Origin: Phycisphaerae bacterium
GTDB taxonomy: Bacteria > Planctomycetota > Phycisphaerae > UBA1845 > Fen-1342
Assembly: GCA_046350315.1 (NCBI GenBank)
Contig: JAXMAP010000002.1
Coordinates: 1,824,390 to 1,888,389, forward strand
Direction: 5' to 3'
DNA length: 64,000 bases
Shown here: in pieces, positions 46,695-56,361 of the stretch
Layout of the letters: every line of letters begins with the position of its first letter
Numbering within the stretch: the stretch's first letter is position 1
Made by a program: the position numbers and the translations under genes
Notes under the pieces: generated by a model
What the model was told of the DNA's origin: nothing
The model's input: the letters and a program-made list of their open reading frames with translations, nothing else
Databases searched by the model: none

Positions 46695-47600
46695 TCAGGC
46701 GTCCGTGCTTGCTCCCCCGATCGCATCGACGGGCGGTGACGAGCTATGCAGCGCATCCGCGAACGACCGCAGGTGCGTCACGCGCTCGCAAAACACCGTG
46801 AATCGCAGCTTCGCGCGGACGGTGTCGGTGAGCGCCCGTCCCCCGAGCACCAGCGCGGCGCGGTACTCCGTGGCGGCGGCGTACAGCTCATCCACCTGTG
46901 CCGCGAATCGCGCCGCGTCCGTCAGCGTCGACGCGCTGAGCCAAACCAAACGCGGTCGGTACATGTGCAGCGCGGCGATCAGCGACTCGGGCGGCAGGCC
47001 GATGCCCAGCGAGTCGGCGCGCCAGCCGGCCTCGCGCAGCGTCAACTCAGCCATCAGCGTTGGGAGCGAGTACGGATCGCCTTCGATCGCCGCGCCGATC
47101 GCGTGCGGCGAGCCGGGTTGCGGCGCCGGAAGCATTTCCCGAAAAACATGCATCAGGCGCGTGCAGATTTCCACGCCGCGCCGTTCCTGGAAAACGTCGA
47201 TCTCGCCGTGCCGCCAGCGATCGCCGACGGATTGCAGCGCGGGCGTGACGACCTGGTCGAGTATCTCGAACATCGGCTGGCGCGCCAGGTGCAGATCGAC
47301 GCAGATGCGATGCGCCCGCTCCTCATCGCCGGATTCGAGCGATTCGCGGAATTGTTCCGCCGCCCGATCGCGGACGGTCTTGCCGGTGCCGGTCGTCGAA
47401 GGAAGCCCCAGGATCTCGGGCCGAATCAGGCAATGCCCGCTGTCGCGCAGGAACTTGACGACGGCGTCGAGAGGCAGACGACGGTGTCCGCCCACGGTTC
47501 GAATGGAGGTGATAACGCCCTTATCGCACCAACGTTTGAGCGAGGCGTCACTGACGCCGATCGCGCGGGCCACTTGTCGTGGCGTGAAGTGCTCAATCAC
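46695..47600 (-). CDS. MerR-family HTH + cobalamin (B12)-binding domain transcriptional regulator (CarH/LitR-like).
   Basis: HTH VIEHFTPRQVARAIGVSDASLKRWCDKGVITSIR. C-terminal B12-binding-like Rossmann region (EGDPYSLPTLMAELTLREAGW...). Start assumed GTG at ~47600, and the upstream ORF-table extension is unsupported. Confidence 0.55.
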   Translation of the reverse strand: MIEHFTPRQVARAIGVSDASLKRWCDKGVITSIRTVGGHRRLPLDAVVKFLRDSGHCLIRPEILGLPSTTGTGKTVRDRAAEQFRESLESGDEERAHRICVDLHLARQPMFEILDQVVTPALQSVGDRWRHGEIDVFQERRGVEICTRLMHVFREMLPAPQPGSPHAIGAAIEGDPYSLPTLMAELTLREAGWRADSLGIGLPPESLIAALHMYRPRLVWLSASTLTDAARFAAQVDELYAAATEYRAALVLGGRALTDTVRAKLRFTVFCERVTHLRSFADALHSSSPPVDAIGGASTDA

Positions 47601-47844
47601 TTTGGTACTCGCGTTAAGGCCGCCGAATTCAACGCGAGAGCATTCTACAGTGAGGGCGTGCAGGCAACAGTGCCCATTTTGCGGCCGCCGTGAGCTACGG
47701 ACCTGTTTCACGAGTTCGAGCGGGCGAGGCTCCCCCCGCCCCGATCGCGTTGGGCGCATGCGAATTTCCGAGGGCACCGGCGCGCGCTGAGTGGCGGTTG
47801 TGTTCCTAACGCGACCGGGGCATGTGATGAATAGACCAGTCGCA

Positions 47845-48450
47845 CTACTCAAGCAGAGCCGAATCCACCGGCGTATCGATGTCGCGCGCCCCCTGCGGCG
47901 CTTCGACGACGGCGACGTCCGACGGAGGCGCGTCACGGATCAAGCCGCGCGCCCCGACGTCGTCCGGCAACGTCCGAAGCTGCTCGAATCGTTCACACGA
48001 AAACAACGCCGGAACGCCGAGCGTTTGCTCGTACGCGGACGCGACGATGGGCCTGCCTGTCTCGCGCCATGCCGCGACCAGCCGGTCGAGCAACTCCGCG
48101 TCCACGCCGGGCTGGTCGACGAGCATCAAGACGACCGCCGCCGGTTCGAACGGCGCGGTTTCGCTCGGTGTCGCGCGGAGCGACTCCAATCCCGCCCGCA
48201 GCGATGAACCCATGCCGCGTTGCCACGCGGAATTAATCGTCACGCTCACCGGCAAGTCCGCGATCTCGGCGCGACAGGCGTCTGCCTCGGCGCCGAGAAC
48301 GACGACGATGGGCCGGCAGCAGCTCGCCAGCGCCGCCGACGCCGCGCGCCCAAGAAGTGACTGACCCTGGAAGCGCAATAGTTGTTTGGGCCGTCCCAGA
48401 CGCGTTGAGCCGCCGGCCGCGAGCAGGATCAGGCCGGCTGAATTGGGCAT
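47845..48450 (-). CDS. MobA-like NTP transferase domain protein (molybdenum cofactor cytidylyl/guanylyl-transferase, MocA/MobA family).
   Basis: GLILLAAGGSTRLGRPKQLL N-terminal nucleotide-binding motif, ~200 aa. Confidence 0.7.
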   Translation of the reverse strand: MPNSAGLILLAAGGSTRLGRPKQLLRFQGQSLLGRAASAALASCCRPIVVVLGAEADACRAEIADLPVSVTINSAWQRGMGSSLRAGLESLRATPSETAPFEPAAVVLMLVDQPGVDAELLDRLVAAWRETGRPIVASAYEQTLGVPALFSCERFEQLRTLPDDVGARGLIRDAPPSDVAVVEAPQGARDIDTPVDSALLE

Positions 48451-49682
48451 GACACGCTTTGACCGGACGCCTCGGACGCGATCGGTTCGTCGGAATTATC
48501 CTGCGGGCGATGAATCGGCCCGGGGTTGTCGCGAAGAAAGCCGGCCTTGTGACCGGCGAGGGCGGCCTGAATTTCCGCCGCGATCGCCAGGGCGATTTGC
48601 TCGGCGGTCTCGGCGCCGATGGCGAGCCCGACCGGTGCATAGACGCGCGCGAGCGCGGATTCGTCGAGTCGAACTCCCGAAGCCGCGACATCCGCGAGCA
48701 GCGCGTCGCTCCGGCTCCGAGGTCCGAGCAGGCCGATGTACGCAAACTGAGGCGCGTTCAGCAATTTCGGCAATATCGCCAGATCGTCGGCGTAATTGTG
48801 CGTCATGACGACTGCCGCGGCGCGGCGCGACTCGCTCCCGATGCGGTCGAGATCGCCAAGCGACGTCAAGATGCGATCCGCGGCCGTGAAACGCGTCGGC
48901 GTCGCCGTCGTCGCGCGCAGATCGAGCAGCGTGGCGTCCCATCCGAGCTGCTTGGCGAGTTTCACGACGGGAAGTGCATCGTACCCAGCGCCGCAGACCA
49001 GCAGCGACACCGGCGGCGCGACGTATTCGACAAACACGCGCACCGCCCCGAGCTGCGTGGGGAAATTCACGGATTTGGAAATGCCGGTTGACCAAACGTG
49101 CTGCGCTTCAATTGCGATTCGCCGCCGCAGCTCGGCATCGGCGAGGTTCGAAATCTCGCCGGTGAAGTCAGAGTCGGCGGCATGTGACTCGGATCGCCCG
49201 GTCGACGCTCCCGGCGCGCCCAGGGCGACGAAATCGCCGACAGCGGCCGACCCGGACTCCGCCTCGATCACGCGCGCCACCACGCACGGCAGCCGGAGCG
49301 TCAAATGGGATTCAATGAACGCGAGGTGCGGCGTCGGCGTCGCGGCGGGTACACGCTCCAGCAAGACTTGCACAACGCCCTGGCAGCCGAGCCCGAATTC
49401 CCACGCCGCCTCCTCAGAGGAGCGCGTGTCGTACACGGCCAGCGCGGCGTCGTGGGTATCGGTCAGCCACCACGCGCGGCGGGCGACTTCCTGCTCGAGG
49501 CAGCCGCCGCTGACCGCACCGACGCGCACGCCGTCGCGCGTAATCAGCATTCGCGCCCCGGGCCGGCGATAGGTCGACCCGGAAACGCGCACCACCGTCG
49601 CGAGCACGGCATCACTGCCGCGCGAGCGGGCGAGGCGTAACCCATCAAGGATCTCGCGTAGTTCAGCCATCTTGCGTTGCAC
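48429..49682 (-). CDS. XdhC/CoxI-family molybdenum-hydroxylase accessory protein.
   Basis: N-terminal XdhC_CoxI block (VLATVVRVSGSTYRRPGARMLI) and C-terminal Rossmann-like XdhC_C (LLVCGAGYDALPVVKLAKQLGWD). Overlaps the downstream NTP-transferase gene by 22 nt. Confidence 0.75.
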   Translation of the reverse strand: MQRKMAELREILDGLRLARSRGSDAVLATVVRVSGSTYRRPGARMLITRDGVRVGAVSGGCLEQEVARRAWWLTDTHDAALAVYDTRSSEEAAWEFGLGCQGVVQVLLERVPAATPTPHLAFIESHLTLRLPCVVARVIEAESGSAAVGDFVALGAPGASTGRSESHAADSDFTGEISNLADAELRRRIAIEAQHVWSTGISKSVNFPTQLGAVRVFVEYVAPPVSLLVCGAGYDALPVVKLAKQLGWDATLLDLRATTATPTRFTAADRILTSLGDLDRIGSESRRAAAVVMTHNYADDLAILPKLLNAPQFAYIGLLGPRSRSDALLADVAASGVRLDESALARVYAPVGLAIGAETAEQIALAIAAEIQAALAGHKAGFLRDNPGPIHRPQDNSDEPIASEASGQSVSCPIQPA

Positions 49683-49818
49683 GAATGTCGGCGCGGCGCC
49701 GCGGGAAATTCGGGCGACGTGCGCACTGTCGCTATTCTACCCGAATTCGGAGCCCTGCGCGTCTCGTTCGTAGCGTCCGACTTCCGAGTCGGACGCCGCT
49801 ATGGGGTTGCGCGGGTCT

Positions 49819-50778
49819 TCAGATATCCCACGACAACGCCTCAATCCCCGTTCCCTCGACGCGCGGCGGCTTGACGCGCAGCAGGGGCGGGTTGATCGCG
49901 ACTTGGTGGCCCGGCGCGACGCTCTTGGTGATGAAAACCGAGCCGCCGATCACCGCGCCGTCGCCGATCAGCGTTTCCCCGCCCAACACGATCGCGTTGG
50001 CATAGATCGTGACGTTGTTGCCGATGGTGGGGTGGCGTTTGGCGCCGCGCACCAGCCGGCCGCGCTCGTCGGTCGGGAATGACAGCGCGCCGAGCGTCAC
50101 ACCCTGGTAAATCTTGACGTTGTTTCCGATCTCGGATGTTTCGCCGATCACCACTCCCGTGCCGTGGTCGATGAAAAAGCTGCGGCCGATCCGCGCGCCG
50201 GGGTGGATGTCGATGCCGGTGCGGCGATGGGCGTATTCCGAGAGTACGCGTGGAATGAGCGGCACGTCCGCGCGATACAGCTCGTGCGCGTAGCGATGAA
50301 TTGTGATCGCCAGGATGCCGGGATAGGCCAGGATCACTTCGTCGGTTCCGGTCGCGGCGGGGTCGCCGTCGTACGCGGCCTGCACGTCGAGCGCCAGCAT
50401 TTCCCGCACGGCGGGGATGGACTCGATGAAGCGGCGAGTCAGCTCCGCCGCATCGCGCCGGCAAGGTTCCTGGTCTACCGGCACGCCGGCGGACTGCTTG
50501 TCATGGCACAGACACAGCGCGATCTGCTGAACCAGCGTGTCCCACAGGCGCGGCAGCAGCTCGCCGACGTGAAAGCTGACGTTGTGCCGCGTCAGCCCGG
50601 TTCGCCCGACATAACCGGGATACGTAAGCTCTAGCAGATGCTCGCAAATCTCGAGAATCGCGGGCCGGGCCGGCAGGTAGGCTCGATCCAGATGCTGGGT
50701 GCGCGGCTCGTCCAGGTAGCCGGCGACGAGCCGCTCGACGAGTCGCGGCAGCTCTTCGCCCAGATCGCGTGAGTTCAC
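49819..50778 (-). CDS. cysE: Serine O-acetyltransferase.
   Basis: SATase N-terminal domain plus left-handed beta-helix hexapeptide repeats (IHPGARIGRSFFIDHGTGVVIGETSEIGNNVKIYQGVTLG). Confidence 0.8.
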   Translation of the reverse strand: MNSRDLGEELPRLVERLVAGYLDEPRTQHLDRAYLPARPAILEICEHLLELTYPGYVGRTGLTRHNVSFHVGELLPRLWDTLVQQIALCLCHDKQSAGVPVDQEPCRRDAAELTRRFIESIPAVREMLALDVQAAYDGDPAATGTDEVILAYPGILAITIHRYAHELYRADVPLIPRVLSEYAHRRTGIDIHPGARIGRSFFIDHGTGVVIGETSEIGNNVKIYQGVTLGALSFPTDERGRLVRGAKRHPTIGNNVTIYANAIVLGGETLIGDGAVIGGSVFITKSVAPGHQVAINPPLLRVKPPRVEGTGIEALSWDI

Positions 50779-50837
50779 GGCGGGTCCTCGAAGTCAATCT
50801 TCCATCGCCGGGCTTCGGTTCGCGCGAAACCCGCGGG

Positions 50838-52169
50838 TTAGGTGGCGGCCGCACCTTGGTCGCCCGATTCGATCGCAGCGAATGATAGCTCGGTCAAGCC
50901 TTCACAACCCGGTTGGTCCTGCCAAACCGCACTTTCCAGCACGCGCCGACACAGTCGCGTCAGCGGCAGGGACTCACGGTCCGCGGCGCTGGTCCAGCGC
51001 ATCCCTGGCGGCGCGGCGCGACGACCCAAGACCACGCGGCACGCGTAGACTTGTAGGTCCTGCACAAAGTGCGTGAACGCGTGCCGGTACGCGCGACGTG
51101 AATCCGACCGCGGCGCGCCCAGCCGAAGTTTGCGCGCGAGCTCCGAAGCGCGGCGCGCCCCGTTGTTCGTATCACGCGCGTCGATCGCGGCGTTTGGAAG
51201 CTCCCACAGTCCACCTAGCAAACCTCGCGCGGGACGTTGCGAGAGCAAGATTCGCCCGCGACGGGATGCCAGCAGCGCCACGGAGCGCCGCCGGGGCGTC
51301 GCGGGCGTCGGTCTCCGGGTGGGGAGCGACTCCTCTTTGCCGATCCGCCGCGCCACGCACCAGCGGCGTAGCGGGCATCGCTCGCACGCGGGTCGGCGTG
51401 GCAGGCAGAGCGTGGCGCCGAGTTCCATCAAGGCCTGATTGAAGTCGCCCGGCGCGGCGTGATCGAGCAGCGCCGACGCGTGCGCCCACAAAGCGTCAGT
51501 CGTGCGCTTGTTGCTCACCGGCGACGTGATCGCCGACAGGCGCGCCAAGACGCGCTTCACGTTGCTGTCCAAAACAGCAACCGGTTCGCCGAATGCGATA
51601 CTCGCGATCGCCGCCGCCGTGTAGCGACCGACACCCGGCAACGCCCGCCAGCCGATTGCGTCGCGCGGCAATTTTCCGCCGTGCGCGCGAACTAGTTGGC
51701 GCGCGGCGGCGTGCAGATTGCGGGCGCGCGAGTAGTAGCCCAATCCCTCCCACAGCTTCAGCACGCGCTGCGGCGCGGCGGCGGCCAGTAGTTCGACGGT
51801 GGGAAACGTCTCCAAGAAACGCTCGTAGAACGGAGTCACCGTCTCGACGCGCGTCTGCTGGAGCATGATCTCCGAAACCCAGATGCGATACGGATCGCGC
51901 GTGAGCCGCCAGGGCAGATCGCGGCGCTCGCGGCGGTACCATCTGCGCAACACGCGCCGCAACGCGGTGAGCGAGGCGGGCGGGATGCGCAGCGGCAAGG
52001 TAGATGACGCCTTCGCGCCGCTTGGCTGGTCGCTGGCGCTCGCGGCTCGGACGGATTGCCGGCCTGGTCGGTCGCTGGCGCTCGCGGTTCGGTTATTCTG
52101 CGTGTTCATTGCCGCACAAGACGTACGAATGCGTCGCCGCGGGCGCGGTAATCCTCGAACATGTCCCAC
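50838..52169 (-). CDS. mutY: A/G-specific adenine DNA glycosylase MutY. The true start is probably ~52050 (non-ATG), avoiding overlap with murD.
   Basis: WYRRERRDLPWR...DPYRIWVSEIMLQQT (HhH-GPD), Fe-S Cys cluster CLPRRPACERCPLRRWC, C-terminal NUDIX-like domain. Confidence 0.8.
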   Translation of the reverse strand: MGHVRGLPRPRRRIRTSCAAMNTQNNRTASASDRPGRQSVRAASASDQPSGAKASSTLPLRIPPASLTALRRVLRRWYRRERRDLPWRLTRDPYRIWVSEIMLQQTRVETVTPFYERFLETFPTVELLAAAAPQRVLKLWEGLGYYSRARNLHAAARQLVRAHGGKLPRDAIGWRALPGVGRYTAAAIASIAFGEPVAVLDSNVKRVLARLSAITSPVSNKRTTDALWAHASALLDHAAPGDFNQALMELGATLCLPRRPACERCPLRRWCVARRIGKEESLPTRRPTPATPRRRSVALLASRRGRILLSQRPARGLLGGLWELPNAAIDARDTNNGARRASELARKLRLGAPRSDSRRAYRHAFTHFVQDLQVYACRVVLGRRAAPPGMRWTSAADRESLPLTRLCRRVLESAVWQDQPGCEGLTELSFAAIESGDQGAAAT

Positions 52170-53473
52170 GACGCGCAGGCCGGCGAGAGTAGCACCGAGT
52201 CGCCCGGGCGCGCTTCACGCTGACAGGCTATGACGGCGCTTTCGAACGACTCAAATAGTTCAGCGTGACCGCCGGCGGATTGAACCGCGAGGCGCAGCGC
52301 CGCGCCGGTTTGGCCGATGCAGGCCACGAAGCGGGCCCGCTCGGCGGCGCTGCGTGCGGCGGGTGCGAGATCGATGTGTTTGTCGTAGCCGCCCAGAATC
52401 AATAGCAATGGTCCGTCGATGGCGTTCATCGCCGTGATCGCGGCCTCCGGCGTCGTCGATTTCGAGTCGTTGTAGTACGTCACGCCGTCGCGTTGCGCGG
52501 CGCGCTGCAGACGATGCGGCAAGCCTTCGAAGCTCGCCAGCGCCCTCGTCGCGGCGGCGCCCTCGACTCCAAACACCTCGGCGACCGAAAGCGCCGCGGC
52601 GGCGTTCAGCCGATTGTGACGGCCGGGAATCGCCAGCCGCAGTTCCGGCCAAGCCGTGCGCAGGTCGCGTGTTTCGCCGAGCGTGGAAAGCGTTCGCGTT
52701 GCGATCGGCGTTTCGCGGTCAAGTCCGTAATGCCAGACGTCATCGCCGCGCCCGCGGCGAGTCGCGAGAATTCGACGCAGCGGCTCGATGTCCTCGATGA
52801 TCACAACGTCGCGATCGGGCTTCTGAAACGCGACCAGGTTGAGCTTCGAATCGGCGTAGTGGTCGAACGTGCCATGCCAATCGAGGTGATTCGGCGTGAT
52901 ATTCGTGATGACGGCGACATGCGGACTCCATTGCACCGCCGGCGTACGCGCGAGCTGGAAGCTCGATAGTTCGAGGACCGCCACATCCTCTTCACCGATC
53001 GCGGACAACTCGTCGAGCAGGCTGCGGCCGAGGTTTCCGCCGACCCAGACGCGCCGCGCGAGCGTGCGCTCGAGCACGTGGCCGATCATGGCGGTGATCG
53101 TGCTCTTGCCGACCGAACCGGTAACGCCGACGCAAGTCGCCCGGCAGCGCTCGACGAACAAGTTGATTTCAGTGCTAAGCGGCACACCGGCGGCACGCGC
53201 GGCCTGAACGTACGGCGACGAGTCAGGCACCGCCGGGTTTACCACGACCAGGTCGGCTTGGCGAAAATCGCGCTCGTCGTGTCCGCCCAAGCGCAGCATC
53301 ACGTCGCAATCGCGCAGGGCTTCGATCGACGTGGTTAGCTTCTCGGCCGGCGCCAGATCGGTGACGGTGACGCGCGAGCCGCGCGCTACAAGCCAGCGCG
53401 CCACGCCCACGCCGCCGCCGAATCGGCCCAGGCCCATGACGGTCACGCGCTTGTCGCGGAGTTCGAATGACAT
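52106..53473 (-). CDS. murD: UDP-N-acetylmuramoyl-L-alanine--D-glutamate ligase.
   Basis: N-terminus VTVMGLGRFGGGVGVARWL, P-loop GVTGSVGKSTITAMIG, Mur ligase middle and C-terminal domains. Not embedded in a dcw cluster here. Confidence 0.85.
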   Translation of the reverse strand: MSFELRDKRVTVMGLGRFGGGVGVARWLVARGSRVTVTDLAPAEKLTTSIEALRDCDVMLRLGGHDERDFRQADLVVVNPAVPDSSPYVQAARAAGVPLSTEINLFVERCRATCVGVTGSVGKSTITAMIGHVLERTLARRVWVGGNLGRSLLDELSAIGEEDVAVLELSSFQLARTPAVQWSPHVAVITNITPNHLDWHGTFDHYADSKLNLVAFQKPDRDVVIIEDIEPLRRILATRRGRGDDVWHYGLDRETPIATRTLSTLGETRDLRTAWPELRLAIPGRHNRLNAAAALSVAEVFGVEGAAATRALASFEGLPHRLQRAAQRDGVTYYNDSKSTTPEAAITAMNAIDGPLLLILGGYDKHIDLAPAARSAAERARFVACIGQTGAALRLAVQSAGGHAELFESFESAVIACQREARPGDSVLLSPACASWDMFEDYRARGDAFVRLVRQ

Positions 53474-53741
53474 TGGCGGAGTATTCTGTCGAAGCAGAGG
53501 TTGGATTCAAGCGCCGAGCGGATGGGGATTTCCGCGCCGTGACCGGGCGGGGCCGTCGGGGAGGGGGCGGGCTGACGGCGGGCTGACGTGCACAATCGCT
53601 CGCAATCTTGGCATTCAACCGCCACGCACGCTTGGTATCATCCACCCGGCCAAAGCCGATGCCGGCAATGATGTGCTTGCCGGTTCGCTCATGGACAAGT
53701 TGCACGTTTTCAGCAACGGGAAAGTTCGGTCCTGAATCTTC

Positions 53742-54227
53742 ATGTTTTCGATTTCCGCGGCACGACGAGTTTCGTCAGTTCTGCTCGGGCCAATGTTCGT
53801 CTCGGTCTGCGGATGCAGCGCGAGCGCATTGGGAATCGCCGACTCCCCGCGGGCGACGCTCGAGCGTCAGGCCGACGCCTGGAACCGCGGCGACATCGAC
53901 GCGTTCATGGACGGCTATTGGAAATCTCCAGACCTGACGTTTTCGTCAGGCGGACAAACGCGCCGCGGCTGGCAGGCCACGTTGGAGCGCTACAGGCAGC
54001 GCTATCCAACGCGAGACCGGATGGGTCATCTCACGTTCAGCGATCTGGAGCAGCGATCGATCGGCGATCGCGCTGCGCTGGTGCTGGGGCGCTGGCGACT
54101 TGATCGCGCCAACGAGTCAAATGGCCGGTCAGAACAGCTCGGAGGGAATTTCTCGCTGCTCTTCGAGAAAATTCGCGGCCACTGGCTCATCACGCACGAC
54201 CACACGAGTAGCGACTCGCCGCCCTAG
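53742..54227 (+). CDS. SnoaL-like / DUF4440 (NTF2-fold) lipoprotein.
   Basis: Signal/lipobox ...VSVCGCSAS. LERQADAWNRGDIDAFMDGYW and GHWLITHDHTS are typical of DUF4440. Confidence 0.6.
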   Translation: MFSISAARRVSSVLLGPMFVSVCGCSASALGIADSPRATLERQADAWNRGDIDAFMDGYWKSPDLTFSSGGQTRRGWQATLERYRQRYPTRDRMGHLTFSDLEQRSIGDRAALVLGRWRLDRANESNGRSEQLGGNFSLLFEKIRGHWLITHDHTSSDSPP

Positions 54228-54361
54228 CGGTTGACGCCTGTCAGCCCGCGCCCTACCCTCTTTTTTGTCGGCAAACGCGCTCCGGAACGACCCCCGCGGG
54301 TTGGGCGATCTCGTGGATTGATTGCCGGCGTCTCCGGCGCCGCCCAGAGAACGAGGACAAT

Positions 54362-55240
54362 TTGATGAACCTGTCGATCACGCCACGCGTCGCGGGCGTG
54401 TTGCTGTTGCTGCTGCCGGCGTCGTGCGGACAGAGCGACGATGCCCCGCGGCGGTTTAACGAATCCATTAACGGCGTCGCGCCGACCGCCGGAAGGGTCA
54501 CACGCGGCGCGCTGCAGGATTTCGCCAGCTATCAGCCGGCGGCGATGCCCGGCGGTCCGGCCGTCAGCGGCGCGGCCCCGGCCGACTCGGGCGACACCGA
54601 AGGCCAGGTTCGGCAGTTCGTGCAAAATCTGGCCGAGTCGCTCTCGAAGCTCGATGTCGAGGCGGTGGTGGACGCCGTGAACCCCGAACACGTCGCGGAG
54701 CTCAAGAAGGACCTCTCGCCGCTACTCGAGGCGCGCGAGAAACTTGAGTTGTTCATGAACGTCGTTCGAGACAAGTTCGGCCAGGGCGCCGCGACCGGCT
54801 CGTTCGACCCGTCACAACTCAAGTCGTTGCTCGACAAAGCGCTCGCGGTGGAAGTGCTCGACGCGCAGTCCGCCGCGCTGAAGCTAAACCCGGATGGAGT
54901 CGCCGCGATCATGCAGATGAGCGGCCAGGCACGAGAGCTTACCCCGGAACAGAAGCAACAAATGTCGGTGATATCGTTGAGCGTCCTGAAACAGGATGGC
55001 GCGTGGAAGATTCAGCTTCCCGCGCCGATCACCGAGGCGCAGGTCGCGCAGCTTCGTATCGGCCTCGATGTCGCGAAGACGGCCTTCGACACGGTTATTG
55101 AGAATATCGAGAACGGCACGATCTCCGCGCCGGAGCAGATTCAGATGGCCATGCAGGCCGCATTCATGGGCGCGGCGATGAACAAAGGCAAGACCGAGGC
55201 CAGCCAGCCCGCGGAAGAGCCCAAGGCGGAGATTCCGTAG
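54362..55240 (+). CDS. Secreted hypothetical (lipo)protein, helical, Ala/Gln-rich.
   Basis: Signal peptide with LLLLPASCGQ lipobox. No recognisable domain. Confidence 0.45.
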   Translation: MMNLSITPRVAGVLLLLLPASCGQSDDAPRRFNESINGVAPTAGRVTRGALQDFASYQPAAMPGGPAVSGAAPADSGDTEGQVRQFVQNLAESLSKLDVEAVVDAVNPEHVAELKKDLSPLLEAREKLELFMNVVRDKFGQGAATGSFDPSQLKSLLDKALAVEVLDAQSAALKLNPDGVAAIMQMSGQARELTPEQKQQMSVISLSVLKQDGAWKIQLPAPITEAQVAQLRIGLDVAKTAFDTVIENIENGTISAPEQIQMAMQAAFMGAAMNKGKTEASQPAEEPKAEIP

Positions 55241-55260
55241 CGCCGGACGACGCGCGCGGC

Positions 55261-56295
55261 GTGTGGGCCGCAACGAGGTGGACTATCGCCGCCATGCCAA
55301 GCGACCCGCCGCCGCGAAAGTCGATTCGCGAGCTGCAGGCCGGTGATCGCGTCGATGATCAGATCTTCCTGCTGACGCAAAAAGACCTGCGCACCACCAA
55401 CAGCGGCGGCATGTACATGCACGCCGTGCTGGCTGACGCATCCGGCCAGCTCGTGGCGCGAATGTGGAACGCCAATCAGCAGCATTACGATTCGCTGCCC
55501 GACAGCGGCCTGATCCACGTCACCGGGCGGGTCGAAAACTACAAAAACCAGCGGCAATTCATCATCGACGCCACGCGCGTCGCGGCCGATGACGGGGCCA
55601 ACCCGGCCGACTTTCTGCCGCGCACGCGGCACGACATCGAGCAGATGTGGTCACGCGTGAAGGAAATCCTGCGCGGCATTCGCAACTCGTACCTGCGCAA
55701 CCTGGTCGCCAAGTTCATCAATGACGACGCCTTCGCCGCCGCGTTCAAGCTCGCCCCGGCGGCGCGCACCAATCACCATGCTTTCGTCGGCGGTCTGCTT
55801 GAACACACGCTGAATCTGCTCGAATTGGCGGTGCTGGTCTTGCCACGCTATCCGGAGGTGAGCGCCGACCTGGTGCTGGCCGGTTTGTTCCTGCACGACG
55901 CCGGCAAGACGCGCGAACTCTCGTTCCGCACAAACTTCGATTATACGAGCGAAGGGCAACTCCTGGGCCACATCGTTTTGGCGACGATGTGGGTGCAGGA
56001 GAAGGCGCGCCTGCTGGAGCGCGAGAGCAACACGGCGTTTCCGCCGGAGATCTTGTTCGCGCTCCAGCACATCCTGGTCGCGCACCACGGAAAGTACGAA
56101 TTCGGCAGCCCGCGGCTTCCGGCCACGCCCGAAGCGATCATGGTGCACTACCTCGACAACCTCGACGCCAAGCTAAACATGATGCTGACCGCCATCAACG
56201 CCGACGCCGACGCCGCGAGCGATTGGACGCCGTGGATCGCGGCGCTGGAGACCCGCGTGTTCAAGCCGGACGTGCTGCGCCCGCCGACGGGTTGA
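55261..56295 (+). CDS. YhaM-like 3'-5' exoribonuclease (OB-fold + HD domain).
   Basis: OB-fold region (GQLVARMWNAN...IHVTGRVENYKNQRQFII). HD region HHAFVGGLLEHTLN, LHDAGK, HH. Confidence 0.7.
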   Translation: MWAATRWTIAAMPSDPPPRKSIRELQAGDRVDDQIFLLTQKDLRTTNSGGMYMHAVLADASGQLVARMWNANQQHYDSLPDSGLIHVTGRVENYKNQRQFIIDATRVAADDGANPADFLPRTRHDIEQMWSRVKEILRGIRNSYLRNLVAKFINDDAFAAAFKLAPAARTNHHAFVGGLLEHTLNLLELAVLVLPRYPEVSADLVLAGLFLHDAGKTRELSFRTNFDYTSEGQLLGHIVLATMWVQEKARLLERESNTAFPPEILFALQHILVAHHGKYEFGSPRLPATPEAIMVHYLDNLDAKLNMMLTAINADADAASDWTPWIAALETRVFKPDVLRPPTG

Positions 56296-56361
56296 GCGCC
56301 GGCGCTGTCGCGGGGCCGCGTTTGACTGATTCGCACGCCGCGCGAGTGGTATACTCGGCTC

